The notes under the pieces: generated by a model | Seen by the model: only the letters and a program-made list of their open reading frames with translations | What the model was told of the DNA's origin: nothing | The model's database searches: none | Part shown: in pieces, positions 1 through 14,821 of the stretch | How the letters are laid out: the number at the start of each line of letters is the position of its first letter | How positions within the stretch are numbered: position 1 is the stretch's first letter | Position numbers and translations under genes: made by a program | Assembly (NCBI GenBank): GCA_951406725.2 | Contig: OX597820.1 | Coordinates: 107,074,001 to 107,138,000, forward strand | From: Octopus vulgaris | Lineage: Eukaryota | Length of the DNA: 64,000 nt | Direction: 5' to 3'

Positions 1-366
1 ACCTAGAAGAACCTGAGTGGATAAGGTATTGACTGTGTTGTAGTTTGATTCAATGGAAATTTTTCAATAAGATTTGGACAGAGTTGAAATTCAACAGCTT
101 AAAAATTAAGCTGAAGTTTCTTTCCATTTTTAATTTGAGAATGATAATTAGAGTAGCAGGAATTGTATTTATTGAGTTCAGTGATAAGCTGCTATGATGA
201 CAAACAACATCCAAAATGCTACATGTATTTATTATTACTATCATTACCATTCTAAAATAGGTAATTAAAGTAAATTATAAATCAGATTCTAATTGCATAG
301 CGAACTATTTGTATGACTTTATGTTGAAAATCATTAATGTCCTTGGATTGTATTCATTTACCATGT

Positions 367-675
367 TTAACTCTCTAGCAATCAAATTACTGTCAAACGT
401 AAAACTTATTTATTCACATTGTTTTGAATTAACCATGTATCATCTTATGGTTTCAAGGTTTATATTTAGAATGATATTGAAGGTTATGTATGAGGGGCCA
501 ACTCTGGCCATTTTAAACATAAAACAGGTAGAATATTTGGGTTGGATATGGCTTGTTTAAATGCTAAAAAGTTAAACTTTCTGGTAGGAGTGAATAGCTG
601 GATGTGTCCAGCTTGAATATAAAATGGGTAGAATACTTGGGTGGGATAGAGCTAGTTTAAATGTTGAAGAGTTAA
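367..675 (-). mobile_element. TTAA-bounded piggyBac-like MITE plus a partial second copy (family A)
   Basis: Reverse-complement homologue of 8064-8293; ends ttaactctctagca ... atgctaaaaagttaa; second partial end at 672-675. Confidence 0.6.
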
Positions 676-890
676 GATAGCATGTATTCATATTTTCTAA
701 ACCTTTCAAAAGTATAAGTACATTCGCAAAATATATCTATAGATTTTGAAGTTAACACAATGCTGAGACAGATGAAAACATCTTGGCTGTATATGATATA
801 TTTGTGGATAGTGAAAGAGAGACCAACTTGACTAATTTCAGTCCCATGCTGGGGTTTTATCAACAAAAGACTTTCACTATTCATGGAGAT

Positions 891-1280
891 ATCATCATCA
901 ACACTTTAACACCCACTTTTCCATGCCTGCATGGGTTAGACTGAGTTTATTGAAAAAGATTTTCTACAGCTGGATGCCCTTTCTGTCACCAACCCTCACC
1001 TGTTTCGAAACAAGGCCAACTATTCTTGCAGAATATTGAAAATGAGTGAAACTACTTGTATGACAATCATTTTACAACTATCATGTGATCCAAAGAGACC
1101 CAAACAAACATACATATATAATGGTCTTCTTTCAGTTTCCATCTACCAAATTCACTCACAAGGTTTTGGCTGACCCAGGGCTATAGTAGCAGACACTTGT
1201 TCAAGGTGTCATACAATGGGACTGAACCTGAAACCATGTGGTTGGGACGCAAAACTTCTTATTCCACAGCTGTGCCTGTA
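891..1280 (-). mobile_element. tRNA-derived SINE with RTE-type 3' tail
   Basis: Head and body match the SINE at 28498-28881; the tail has the gaagggcatccagctgtagaa motif and (GAT)n as in the RTE ends. Confidence 0.7.
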
Positions 1281-1392
1281 CCTACTGTTTATAAGACTAC
1301 CATAACCAAGGGTTTAAATAAACTGACCAATTGGCATATATAATGTATCTATGATGTAATTCAATACATCATAAATTAGTGACACATTAATA

Positions 1393-1393
<1 letters not shown>

Positions 1394-1465
<72 letters not shown>

Positions 1466-1747
1466 AGTGTGGTTGTGCGGTCGAAAAGTATGTTTTACAC
1501 CTAGCTTGGGATTCGGTCACATTACATGGCACATGGAGAAACTGTCTTTTTCTAGAGCTCTAAGCCAATTTAAAAAGTCTTCAAAAGGGCATGCATAGTA
1601 CACTGAATAAAACACGATGGAAAAGTGAACAGTAAAAGAGCCATAAAGAAGAAAAGGGGTATTGGCACATCTGGAACAGAATTGGCAAGTTTTGAGAAGC
1701 ATGGAACTTTCTATGTGTATTTGGTAGAAGGAAACTGTGTGGAAGTT

Positions 1748-1779
<32 letters not shown>

Positions 1780-1990
1780 ACGCACATGCGTGTGCATGCA
1801 CACATAACTTTGTCTTTCACCACTTGATACACTTGGCATTGATTTTTTTTTATCCCTATCACTTAGTGGTTCAGTAGGAAGAGACCAATAGAACAAGTAC
1901 CAGACTTAAAATAAGTACTGCAGCTGATTTGAATGACTAAGCCCTTCAAGGAGATAGCCCAGCAGGGCAACAGTCCAATGGCTAAAACAC
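1394..1990 (+). mobile_element. (TA)n(GA)n microsatellite followed by a decayed SINE
   Basis: Decayed head at ~1462-1590; gatttggtagaaggaaactg-like body, (GT)n, agaacaagtaccag and cccagca..cagtccaatggctaaaac tail. Confidence 0.55.
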
Positions 1991-3306
1991 AAATACATAC
2001 ATACATATATGAAGAACTGCGCAAGATACCACTGAGTAAACATCTAGATACATGTGGAGAAGAAAAATTTAAGATCTTTCCCTTTGTCCAAAGAATGACA
2101 CCTCCTTCAGGAGGAATATGGAAAAATATTTCATAACTAAGTTCTCCCCCGAATTGAATGGCTGAAAATATCTCTATAATAAGCTGTACCAAATGAAGGA
2201 CCAAATTTGTTAAGTAAACTGTATTAAACACACACACACAGAGTTCTACACATATGTTTTGATTTTTGAAAATACAATATTGAACAAAGGATATTCTAAT
2301 ATTTGAATGAAACCATTTCACTTTTATTTGTGGAACCAGTTACTCCTGTATGATAAAATTTAATATTTATTTAACTGTCAATCAGTGAGATATTAGACTA
2401 AATCAATTGAAGATCAGACAACAGACTCAGTAGTTGTCAGTTTGTATTCTGTCATCTGTAACTTCAATACAAGAAAGTCTCGTTTTCAAGTATGGACCTT
2501 ATGAAATTTTGCTCATCATACATTGAAGGACAAATCTTTCAATTTACAATTTAACATAGTGTAGCATTTAGTGTATATATATATATATAGTGGTATAAAT
2601 ATCAACACAATTATTTCTTCTTCCTTTTTTTTCTTCTTCTTTTCCTTTCTTCCCTTCTCCAAACTCACAGACACCCCCCCACACACCTCCACAAAACAAT
2701 AATAAAAAGAATTCTTCTTCACTAAAACCCAAAAACCATTTGACCATCCCTCATTAAACACACACACACATATACACTCTCTCACAATGATAAAAAGGAA
2801 ATATAATTTATGGTCTACCTTCTTATGTCCCTCCCCGCCACTACACACTCAATAACACTATGAAATGGTCAAAACTTAAATTCTTTTTCCCCAAGATCTT
2901 AGATCCCCCTTGGAGTAAACATCCTGTCCAGCAGATCCCCCTTGGAGTAAACATCCTGTTCAGCAGAACAAAATTTTTTTCTTCTTCTTCCCCTCTTTTT
3001 CTTTAACACTTCTTCCAAATACAAAAACACACACACATGCACTCTCTCTCTCACTTTCTCCTCATCCATCACCCTCTTGTACTGTCTTATATCCCTCCCC
3101 ACCACTACACACTCAATAACATTATAAAATAGTCAAAACTTTTTACACAGGAACTTAGTTTGATTTGAAAACCCCACTAGAATGGGAGAAAGCGCTAATA
3201 CATGATCTAAGTTATATGATGTATAAAAACATGTAATATACAAATAAATATCTGTAAATATAAAACCATCCGAATTCCTGAGTACCTCATTTCTTTTAAT
3301 ACATGC

Positions 3307-3347
<41 letters not shown>

Positions 3348-3819
3348 TATATATATACTTTTCCATGCTTTATGGGTCAGACAGAATTTGTCGAGGCAGA
3401 TTCTCTATGGCTGGATGCCCCTCCTGTCACCAACCCTCACCTGTTTCCAAGCAAAGAAATATTTTCCCATAAACAAGTTTTTCACAGAAGACTGGATATG
3501 TCTAGCTATGGGAAAATATTGCCTTGCAGGTGAACATTTGTATCAAGCATCATATGTATCATTATTTTCTTTTACATGTTGAAGCTTTGCTTTGAAAGGT
3601 GAAAGGTTTAGACATTCATATAAAGCCAAGTACTTACTTATGGGTCTGGTACTTATTAATCTCATTTATTTAATCAAAATACTGTCGATCATAGCAAAGA
3701 AGAACAGCTTTTGAGCAGCATCAATGTAAAGACAGACAAGGAAAACACATATGTACAGTTTATGTCAATCAAATTTTACTCCTAAATGATTTGTCACACA
3801 CACACACACTGATTCTTCC

Positions 3820-6357
3820 TGAGAATTGTTAAGAGTACATTGAAAGGTAGGTCTGGTGAGATTGTTGAGATGCTTGAATGGAGATGAGTAGATTCGTACT
3901 ACATCCAAGAAGTAAGGTGGAGAGGAAGTTCTGCTAGGTTTCTCACAGGCAAAGAACATAGGTATAAGACTTCCTGGGTAGGGAACACTGTTGGGGTTGG
4001 GGGTGTGGGTATACTTCTTGTGTGGAGAAATGGGTTGATAAGGTAATCGAGGTAATCAGAGCCTGTGATAGAATACTAAAGCTTAGATTAGTGCTGCAAC
4101 ATGGATTAGCAACTATTATCTCAGTTTATGCCTCTCAGCCAGGGCGACCCTGATGAACAGAGAAACTAATTTTATGACACCCTCTTGCAGACTACATCAT
4201 CGATGAATGACAGGGACCTTCTCTTTGTGGCTGGTGACTCCAATGGGCATGTTGGACAACAACATCCAAGGAGCTTCCATGGTGTACATAGAGGCAACGG
4301 ATTTGGTTCCTGCAACGAGGAAGGAATCAGGCTGCTGGAGTTCTCTGATGCAAGTGATCTTATGATCTGTAATATTAACTTCAGGAAACCTGCCAGTCAC
4401 CTGTTCATTTACCAGTCTGGTGGGTACACTAGTCAGATTGATTATATTCTCACCAAGAAAAATGGAAGATGGCTACTTATAAATGCCAAAACCTTCCTGG
4501 GTGAAGAATACAGCCCATAATATGGGTTAGTAGTTAGTGACTTCAGGATCAGGGCTAAAGCCCAACTGATTAGGAAGAGAGTTAGTTTAGACGAAATGCA
4601 GTTTGGGTTTGTGCCAGGGATAAACACCACTGGTGCTATATTTCTGATAAGACAGCTGCAGGAGAAATATCTAACCAAAGATAAACCTCTGTACTTGGCT
4701 TTTGTTGACATGGAGAAAGCCTTTGACAGGGTCCCCTGATTCCTTACCTGGTGGTCAATGTGGAAACTTGGGATAGATGAGTGGTTGGTGAGAGCTGTAC
4801 AAGCCATGTTCAGGGATACTGTCAGTAAGGTGAGAGTTGGCAACAAGTATAATGAAGAATCCCAGGTAGGAGTAGGGGTCCACCAAATATCAATCCTCAG
4901 CCCCCTCTTATTCATCATAGTCCTCCAGGCAATAACGGAGGAATTCAAGACGGGAAACCCCTGAGAGCTCCTCTATGCTGATGACCTTGCTCTAATTGCT
5001 GAGTCACTATCAGAACTAGAGGAGAAGTTTCAGGTGTGGAATCAAGGTCTAGAATCGAAGGGCCAGAGAGTCAATCTAGCAAAAACCAAAGTCATAGTAA
5101 AGAGGCAGACAAATCACAAATCCTTTCAGGTAGATGGCTCTGCTCAATCTATAGAAAAGGTGTAGGTAGAAACTCCATAAGATGTACCCAGTGTAAGCTA
5201 TGGACACATAATAGGTGCAGTAATATCAAAAGAAGGTTAACTGTGAAGATAGTTTTTGTGTGTGACAGATGCACAGGGGCAATAAACACTGAAAATGTAC
5301 AGAAAACAGCTTCCATCATATGCCAGGGAAAAAAACTAGAAGTAGTTGATAGCTTCTGTTATCTAAGTGACAAAGTCAGTAGCAGTGGGGGGGGGGTACT
5401 CTGAAAGCATAGCTGCTAGAATAAGAATAGCCTGGGCAAAGTTCAGAGGGCTCCTACATCTGCTGGTAACAAAGAGCCTCTTGCTCAGAGTGAAAGGTAG
5501 ACTGTTTGATGCGTATGTGCACACAGCCATGCAACACAGCAGTGAAATATGGGCTGTGACTGCTGAGGACATGTGTAGGCTTGAAAGAAATGAAGCTAGT
5601 TTGCTCCACTGGATGTGTAAAGTTAGTGTGCATAACACGACAGAGTGTAAGCATCCTGAGAGGAAAGTTGGACATAAGAAGCATCAAATGTGGTATGCAA
5701 AAGAGATAACTGTGCTGGTATGGTCATGTGTTACATATGGATGAGAACAGCTATGTGAAGAAGTGTCACACCTTAACAGTTGAGGGAACCTGTGGAAGAG
5801 GTAGACCCAAGAAGACCTAAGATGAGATGGTAAATCACAATCTTCAAACGTTGGGCCTCACAGAGGCAATGGCAAGCAACCAAGACCTTTGGAGATATAC
5901 TGTGCTTGAGAAAACCTGTTGAGTCAAGTGAAATCATTGTTGTGGCCGATGCCAGTACTGCCTGACACCCATGTTGGTGGCACCTAAAAAACACCATTCA
6001 AGCATAGTCAATGCCAGTGGCACATAAAAAGCACCATGTGAGCATGGTTGATGCCAGTGCTGCTAGACTGGCTCCCATGCCAGTGGAATGTAAAAAGTAC
6101 TATTCGAGTGTGGTCAATGCCAGTGGCACGTAAAAAGTACCACTTGAGCATGGTCTATGCCAGTGCCGCCTGACTGGCTCTTGTGCCATGTAAAAAGCAC
6201 CCATTACACTCTTGGAGTGGTTGGCGTTAGGAAGGGCATCCAGCTGTAGTAACCTTGCCAGATCAGACTGGAGCCTGGTGCAGCCTCCTGGCTTGCTAAT
6301 CCTCAGTCAAACCATCCAACCTATTCAGCATGGAAAGCAGACTTAATCGATGATGAT
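3820..6357 (+). mobile_element. Decayed RTE-clade LINE (APE endonuclease, RT, PHD-like insert, 3' UTR repeats, (GAT)n tail); internal deletion near 4560
   Basis: AGDSNGHVG and SQIDYIL endonuclease motifs; FVDMEKAFD, GVHQ..LSPLLF and LYADDL RT motifs; many stops and frameshifts; tail atcgatgatgat. Confidence 0.92.
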
Positions 6358-8063
6358 CTTATGACATGTACCTGTGGAATTCAGCCATTTACATGTCAAT
6401 TCAGTTAATTGAACAACTGAATCCTCATAGTGAAATGATGGAGACCTACACCATCATTGTTAGTGTCCTTTACACCCTGAAATCTATTTTTGTTTTATTT
6501 AACAATCTTTTCTATATTATTTAACATTTTTTTTTCAGAACCCTCCCAATTGGTTTCACATTACATCCCTAATTTTCTCCATATTGTGTAATTACTTCTT
6601 CCAACCCCTCATTAATTAGTTTCACTTACCAGATTTTATTAAGTTTTCTTGTTATCACTTTACAACTTGATGATGTCTGCTATTTACTTTCCTATTTATC
6701 TAACAACTGATTATTTAACCACCTGTTCTTTCCAGAACCCTCCTGTTTAACCACCTGTTCTTTCCAGAACCCTCCTGTTTTTGATACCAATTTGCCTGAG
6801 AAAACCCTGGGTCTATGATGCAAACTTCCTATCTTATAGTGATCTAAATTAAAATTTTCCATTAAAATTTCATGTTAATTTATGTTCCAAACACCAGCTT
6901 GATAATGACAAGTTATTTGAATAAATACTTCATTATTAACTGAAACAAAAACAATACATTTTTAATAATGCCTCACCTTTTCTTTTATTCCTCACTTTCA
7001 TCTCAGCTATATTTAGTCTGTTTTCTCTTCCTTCCTTTTCTACATACACAATCTTCCAATACTGTTAACCTATTGCATCATTAAAATATTTTCCCTCTGA
7101 CCTCTTCTCTTTCAGAAAAGTAGATTCTTTTATTGTTAATTAATTACCTTATTTATTTATGTATAATGTATGGGTCTAATTATGGGTAATGAAAAGTCAG
7201 GAAAAAAAAAAAAGAATGACTCTTGTGTATAACATGCAATTTTTTTCTTTAGAATTGAAATGCTTGGAAGAAAAAGAGTTTAAATTACATTGATCTTAAC
7301 TGCTGAACTAAAAAAAAAGCAGTTCATATATTGTAAAGAAATCAGAGAATAACATTGAAAGTGAGCTTTGAAACTTTATTGTAAAAGTGTGCCTAGTGTA
7401 AAATCAACATTATGAAAATTATCACACAATCACTGTTACTGATGTTTGAACAGGTGCAGAAAATAGTCGTGTGTTAAGGAAGTTTGCTCCCCAACCACAT
7501 AGTTTTGAGTTCAGACCCATTGTGTGGCATCTTGAGCAGATGTCTTCTATTATAGCTAGTCCAGAATTAAATAAAGCATTGAGAGTTGATTTGGTAGATG
7601 GGAGCCAGTGGTGTGTGTGTGCACACATGCATGGATATACATATATAGGACTATATCCTGAGAATGAGTACTACTGTACAGTACTGACTGGCAGCACAAA
7701 ATCACTCACAGATATGTTCCAACCTCTGACCCACAGGTGCACTGTCTCTCCTCTCTCTCTCTGCTTTTTCTATCATTATTATGTCCTCTGTTCCTTTAAG
7801 CCAGCTGAACTTGAACCTCCTTCATTCTTGACCCCCTAATCTTTTCCTTATTGTGTCAAGTCCACCAGGTCCCATAGAAACCACTACACCTAGTCCTTCC
7901 TCCCCCAGAACATCATTCCTTATCACATCTTTCTGGCAGGTGTTACCTTGCAACTGGTGAAACAAAACGTTAATGGGATCAATCTCACCAGAGTTTTAGA
8001 GTCTACAAGGGTCACTGCCTCTTCCTCAAGACCCAGCAAAATAAAAAAAAATGTCATCCCCAC

Positions 8064-8293
8064 TTAAACCTTTTTGCATTTAAACCAGCCATACCCTTCA
8101 AAAATATTCTACCTATCTCATGTTCAAAGTGGCCAGTTCTGGTCTCTCACACCTACCCTATGAGGTCTTTCTAAAAATAAACAATCACTTCATTGAAATC
8201 TCAAAGCTATGAGATAATGCATAATTAATTCAAAACAATATGAATAAACAAGTATTAGATATGACAAGAATAATCTGAATGCTAAAGTGTTAA
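8064..8293 (+). mobile_element. TTAA-bounded piggyBac-like MITE (family A)
   Basis: ttaaacctttttgcatt ... aatgctaaagtgttaa imperfect terminal inverted repeat; homologous to 367-575. Confidence 0.6.
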
Positions 8294-8424
8294 ATCATAT
8301 AACAAGGTTACTCTTAGTGTACTCAGCAATATGTAAACAAATTTCCCTCAAACAATACCCTACTATTTAATGTTTGTATGAATCAATAGCAGCCAAATCT
8401 CCCTTAAATCATAATTTTTTTTCA

Positions 8425-8492
<68 letters not shown>

Positions 8493-10524
8493 TATATGTA
8501 TGAACCATGAATGACACCTCTTTGTAATAGCTAGACATGTTTGAAATAGCAGGCAGTTCTCTCTTAAATCACATCCACCTGTCATATTATTTTGATAAAA
8601 TCCCTGAGCATTACTCTGATAGCAGTATTTAAAAAGGAGAGATTAGTGTTTTAAATAACAGGTTACATTTAGTAAAAAATAGATTTTAATAATTTGAATT
8701 ATCTCGCAGATTTTCTGTAAGTACATACATACATATGTATGAGAGTGTGTGTGTGTGCATGTACATATAATTTTACTGTTAGATCTAATTACCGTTTATC
8801 TAAATCTGAATGTACCCTTCTTTATATACACTTTAAAAGATAATCTTGTTATATTTATGGGAAGAGCCCTTGATTTTCCTTCTCCACATACATGTTTGCT
8901 TTCTCATTGGTAATGCTTTCTCCTATATATATGCACAAATGTAATTCTTTTCCCAAATAAACTGCACTTCATATTCAAGGCTCCAATGAAGCTATAAGAT
9001 GTTACTCAGGCATTCAACAATGAATCCATTGCAGCTTATAGCAGAAACAAATATAAGCTAATGAAGTTCATAAGATAATTTTTTATTCCTTTGTCATTGC
9101 ATTATTTTGAAGGATTTTTTGCATTTTGCATTAATGCAGACATGTAAGTAATTTATTTATTATTAAGTATAAGGATATAAATTATTTTCATGTTTTCAAG
9201 TTACGAAACAATTTCTCGTGATATTAGAATTTTCTTATTGTTAAATAAAATTTCATCAAACTATTTCTCTGCCACATATGTGTGTAATCATTGTTTAACA
9301 TCCACTTTTCCAAAATTGTATGGATAGAACATAATTTGCTGAGGTGGATTTCCTATGGCAGGGTGCCCCTTCTGTCGCCAACCCACACTGGCTTCCAGGT
9401 AAGGTAATATTTCCCATGATCAAACATTGTTTCCACAGAAGATGAATTGCAAAACAAAACTAAGTATAGCGTGGATCAGATGTAACATGCAAGACAGGAA
9501 AGTGTGATCGTATGGACGTGTGGGGTATTCATAAAGAATGATAGCTACACGAGCAAGTTCTAAACACTCAAAATAAATGATCCCATACTGACAGAGGGAG
9601 ACTGAAGAAGACATGGGATGAGGTAATGAAAAAAATGATCCCATACTGACAGAGGGTAGAGAAGACAGTGTTGATTAATGATATGTAGTGCTGCAGAAGA
9701 CCCAACCTCTCTGGCAAGCTTGGCAAAATACTTTGTGAAATATAGAATATTGCATGCAACCTGCTTGCCTTTCTATTCTACATACATCTCCCCAACCTGT
9801 CTATTGCTCCTTCTATGCCCTCATACCCCCTACCATGTATTCTCCCAGCCATTTATGTAATTTTCATAAATGAAATGAAAATGAGCTAACAGAAATAACT
9901 CAGAGTGGCCAGTGACATATATTTGAACAATGACAATTAAAAATATATTAAATAACATAGAAGCTATCCTTTCCTCTTGCCTTCAGACTATCAGACCGTC
10001 TTTTTCTTAGTGTCATGTCAATTTTGGAGAATTTTTGACATTATCTTCATTGTCTTATTTGGAGCTGGACCCTAGTTGCCACAGAGTAATTTTTCTAACT
10101 TCTTTGGATTCAGAAATAATTTTAGTAAATTGATAATTTATCTTACAAAGTATTCAATACTGGAGAAAACTTTCCTAAAAGAATTCCATCTGACCCATAT
10201 ATGTATGAAAAAGTGGATGTTAAAATAATGACAATGATGATAATGATGTATGCATGAGATTTCAAGTATTTCAACCAACAACTATTTAATATTTTAGTAT
10301 AACTATTTAAATGGATGTCATGGTGTGTGCTCTGAATAGGTAGGTGCATTGTAAGACATCCTATTTTAAAGCTTGTATTGTATACTATTGTATTGCTCAG
10401 AATTGTAATTAGTGTTGTAAATAAATTATTATCATTACAAATTATAAACTCTCCATGACAGAAAATACCAGCAAAATAACCATTTCACTTTAATCTTTGC
10501 AGGTACTTTATAGTTATAAAAATA

Positions 10525-10707
10525 TTCTTTTCTACTCTAGGCACAAAGCCCGAAATTTTTGGAGAGGGGTCCAGTCGATTAGATCAACCCTAGTACACAA
10601 CTGGTACTTAATTCATCAGCCCCAAAAGGATGAAAGGCAAAGTCGACTCAATGAAATTTGAACTCAGAATGTAAAGACAGACGAAATACTGCTAAGCATT
10701 TTGCCTG
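10525..10707 (-). mobile_element. SINE family B fragment
   Basis: aaaggatgaaaggcaaagtcgac ... gaaatttgaactcagaa core shared with 11903-12342 and 19280-19845; B-box-like gagttcaaatt on the minus strand. Confidence 0.7.
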
Positions 10708-11064
10708 TTAGTATATAAAGCATTTTACTTTCTCTTTTTACATGGATTCATAAAAGTAACAGAGCTCTTATTATTTAATAAAGGACATAATGTCAGGGGC
10801 ATAAATCAATTTCACAGGTACATTTTTGTTTCACTCTTGCCTGCCCTGCATATCACACATGGTACACAAAAATATTTCCATGGTGTCCATGCATCATATG
10901 ATACACATTCTCGGTTTTTTTTCAACAACCAGAGTAACTTGGGACTTACGAAGGGAAAACAACAGAGCAAGCTAAAAGTCAGAAAACAAGCATGGACATT
11001 TAGGATAAACTCATGAAAATGCTTTGAATTGGTAAAGGGTTAAAAATGCTTCTATACTCTAAAA

Positions 11065-11808
11065 CAGTGTCTTCCAACCATTTTCACCTATGCACCCCTT
11101 TGATTCCTATTTTACTCAGGTGAACCCTCATAGCCATTCGATATTTAAAAAATCTTATAGTTTTGTAGTGATGTCATTTTCCAGTGTGCGCACACGCAAC
11201 GTCATTCTTCAGTATGCGTGTGCGGAACGTCATTCTTCAGTGTGCGTGTGCGGGGCTGGAACCTTCTGGAAAGGCATAAGGAAGTTCCCTCATGCACATG
11301 CGCTAGAGACTGGGGATTGTTAGCGTCGTTGACTTGAGACACGGCTATTGAAGAGAAAGGACGTATTTTTACACGTGTGATCAGCCATTCTCCTGTCCCA
11401 GATGCTTAGGATTTGACCTGCTCTGTTGCTGCTGAATTTGTTGTAAGAATCTTACAAATGATAAAATTCAGCCTTGCTATATTGAACCAAGTGGATACCA
11501 ATATACCAACGTGCTTCATTTGTAATTAAGAGAATAAAGAATCATATATATTTTTAAAGTTGCATTTGGTTCCTGACTGGTAGTTTCTGGAAACAAAAAG
11601 AAAGGAAATTGTGTTGCACCCAAAAGGTGTAAAGAATCAACCAGTTCTCTTTACAGTTTTATAATTAAATATTAGTAACTATATAAAAAATTGTTAAAAT
11701 ATTTTGCATATTCTAGAAGTATAATCAATTTATTACACATGGATTTTACCAACAAAATCTTATATGAACCCTCACCAGGGTCATAAGGACCCTGGTTGAG
11801 AAAAACTG
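11065..11808. mobile_element. Non-autonomous hAT (Charlie-type) DNA transposon
   Basis: TIRs cagtgtcttccaacc / ggttgagaaaaactg; exact 8-bp TSD ctctaaaa at 11057-11064 and 11809-11816, matching the Charlie NTCTARAN target pattern. Confidence 0.85.
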
Positions 11809-11902
11809 CTCTAAAATCTCAGAAAGTTTTAGTTTCTCTGAAAGTGAAACAAATAAGCTTACTAAGAATTCTTTTTTAACTGGCAGTGATTTAAGATACA
11901 TA

Positions 11903-12342
11903 ATGGTTTAAAATTTTTGCACAAGGCTAGCAATCTTAGTGGGAGGGGATAAGTCGATTACGTCAACCCTTGTGCTCAACTGATACATATTTTATCGACC
12001 ATGAAAGTATGAAAGGCAAAAATCAACCACAGTGGAATTTGAACTCAGAACATCGTGCCAGAAGTAATTCCACAAAATATGTTGTTCAGCACACTAACAA
12101 TTCTGCCAGCTCTCTGCTTTAAAATGGTTTAAAATTTTGGTACAAGGCCAGCAATTTCAGGGGGAAGGGCTGAGTCAATTATATCAACCCCAGGGCTCAA
12201 ATGGTACTTATTGTATTGACCTCAAAAGGATGAAAGGCAAAGTTGACCTTGACAGAATTTGAACTCAGAACCCAAAGAGATGGAAGAAATGCCACAAAGC
12301 ACATTATCTGATGCACTAATGATTCTGTCAGCTTGCTGCTTT
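11903..12342 (-). mobile_element. Two tandem copies of SINE family B
   Basis: Two diverged ~220-bp units, each starting aatggttttaaaattt on the plus strand and carrying the atgaaaggcaaa..gaatttgaactcagaac core. Confidence 0.75.
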
Positions 12343-13291
12343 GATTTACCACACATTAGAAGCGAACGGGCCTTACCACACATATTTCATTCAAAGTACC
12401 ACTGTTACTCAACTTAGACCTACTAGCCAAGATATTAGTACCGTTCCAATTTTACTATATGGTTTAGTTGATAACAGGAAGGTTCTATAGTTATAGAATA
12501 CATTCTCCAATAATTCAAGGACTTGAAAAGATTTTTGTAACCAAACTGTTACATGTTAACATAGAAAATAAGGCTGGTTTGTAAGTTCAATCCTGCTGCA
12601 AGTGTTTGTGTCTCTAGAAGAGATAGTCAAATAAGATAGTTAAATCTACAGACATCAGCCTATTTGTGAGAGAATAGATAGCATGAGTACTATCCAATCA
12701 GAAGATTTCTTTCCCACCAATTTAATATTACAGCATCCAAGACTACATCTTAGTTCTATATCTTTCAAGATATTGTCTTGAAAAGAAAATTGAAATAAAC
12801 TTTAAATAAAAATGAATAGTATAAGTTAATTAGTTATAATGAAGCTATTTTCCAGGGCTTACACAATCCTGTAATTTTCTTTGTTTCAGTATGTCAGTTA
12901 CTGTTTTATCTGGATAAAATGTGATTAAGTTTTTCCCTCTCTTTATAAATAAAAATGCTTTGGGTTATTTTTGCATGCAAAATAAATGTTTAGCTTGTTA
13001 GTATGTAAATGTGATAAATCCGCCATATTTAAGCATATATCCTGCACCATTGATATGTAATATTTTATAGTAGAAAATCTTAAGTTATGCAAAAAGAAGG
13101 TTTTTCTTATACTATATCATTCTTATCTGATTATACTGATTATAGCTGAACATATACAAAAACATAACCATAAGGTAAATAATTCATTCACACAGACAAT
13201 TTAGCTATAATAGTAGTTTCCTTATTCAAGCAATGGAAAATGGATCTGGCCATCTCTTAGCTGTAGTTCATTACCTGATGTGAAGTGTGAT

Positions 13292-13583
13292 GGCACTGAT
13301 GTCAGAAGTTTGACTAGTGCAGTATGTCTATCAAATGCTAATGTAGGGGACCCAAGGTGAGTTCAGTACAGACAGAAATCACACACCAAGCAAAAGTTTG
13401 CTTTACATTAATCTTCAATATAAATAAAGAGTGCAAAAACCTGGCCTAAATATCCCTTTTGAATAGTAAGCAAGCTATGTATGTGTTTGCTGAGAGATGT
13501 CAGAAAGGTTAACATGGGGATAACTGGCTCATAGCAATCAAACTCTCACAGTTTTGTCAATTCATAATCCTATCAGCGATGCC
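13292..13583 (+). pseudogene. Decayed fragment of the 3' half of 28S (LSU) rRNA
   Basis: Colinear matches to conserved LSU blocks recalled from memory: gaagtttgactagtgcagta (gagtttgactggggcggta), ccaaggtgagttcagtacagacagaaa (ctaaggcgagctcagggaggacagaaa), gatgtcagaaaggttaacatggggataactggct (ggtgtcagaaaagttaccacagggataactggct), tcctatca. Confidence 0.8.
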
Positions 13584-14821
13584 ATTTGTTATAAGGTAAA
13601 TAATTCACAGATAAGAATTCAAATGTGACAATAAATACACAAGGAACATTTATAGAACAAAGTATAGATAAATACTGAAGGTTCAATATAGAATATACTA
13701 GAATAGCTAAGGTGCAGTCTGATTCATCAAGCTGTAGTCCTTGCCTTTGTAACTGCTTTCCACCAGCTGTCCAATCACATAACTTACTCTGTGTGTGTGT
13801 GTATATGTGTGTGTGTGTTGAAGCATGAAAAGGTTCATTCAATAGTCTCACAGTTCTACAATAACACTATACAACACAAGTACCTTCACATATACCTAAC
13901 ACCATTAATATCATAATAAATGCTAATGAACCTTTGAGTGAGAATCAATACTGTCACTGAATCTGCTACAAAATAACAGGCAAAGAGAACCCTCTAATCA
14001 TACCCTAAAGAACACATTTGGATAATATAGTCCTAGATATATTCTACCTGAAAATAAGTCTGGATGGGTACCGTTGGAATATCATTGATCATAGCTTGGT
14101 TTGATCAAGGTTTACTTTGGGTTAAACAATAATAAATGCTAAAGTCTTATAGGATTTTTTCATTTTTTCAAAACTTAGGCTGGACAAAAGAAAAAAACAG
14201 CTTCAAGAACTGAATCTATACATTAGGGGATCGAGCAATAAAAAAAAATTATACTTGTAAATATAATTATTATGTTACTTGCCTGTTGATGGAAGATGTC
14301 TATGGCCATTTTCCTGAGTGTCTGTATAAGGACTTACCCAGGAATCTGTGGAGAAAATTTAACAGGTATTAAAAACAATAGACTATATTACAGCCCTCTG
14401 ACCAATTCATGCAAATAACCAAATTTGCAGACAAAATGAACAGATAGAGTTTATGAACCATTTACATATAAAAAAAACCAAAACTTCAAAATTATTTCTA
14501 TTTTTTAATTATTATTAATTATTTCATTAACTGACATTAGGATATAACAGAAAGGACACTATACTAAATAATAAATAGTAACGAAAAGACAGACTCCACC
14601 AACTGTAGTAGCCAAGCACTACTAAAGCAGATGTTAACTTGGTTACTTTCTATTGCTGTGACTAATCAACATAGATCGAAAAAAAGTCATATCAAAACAG
14701 AATGTCATTTTCAGTTAACAACAACTGACTAACAGATAGTAGCAGGCACATATACATAAGCAGAAGAAAATAAAAGCAAACCTAGACATAAGTCAGACAG
14801 ACTATTTAATAGCTGACCTAC

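Noticed and set aside
6716-6780. Exact 32-bp tandem duplication; similar short duplications at 2901-2958 and 9574-9657
   Set aside because: Ordinary local duplications with no further structure.
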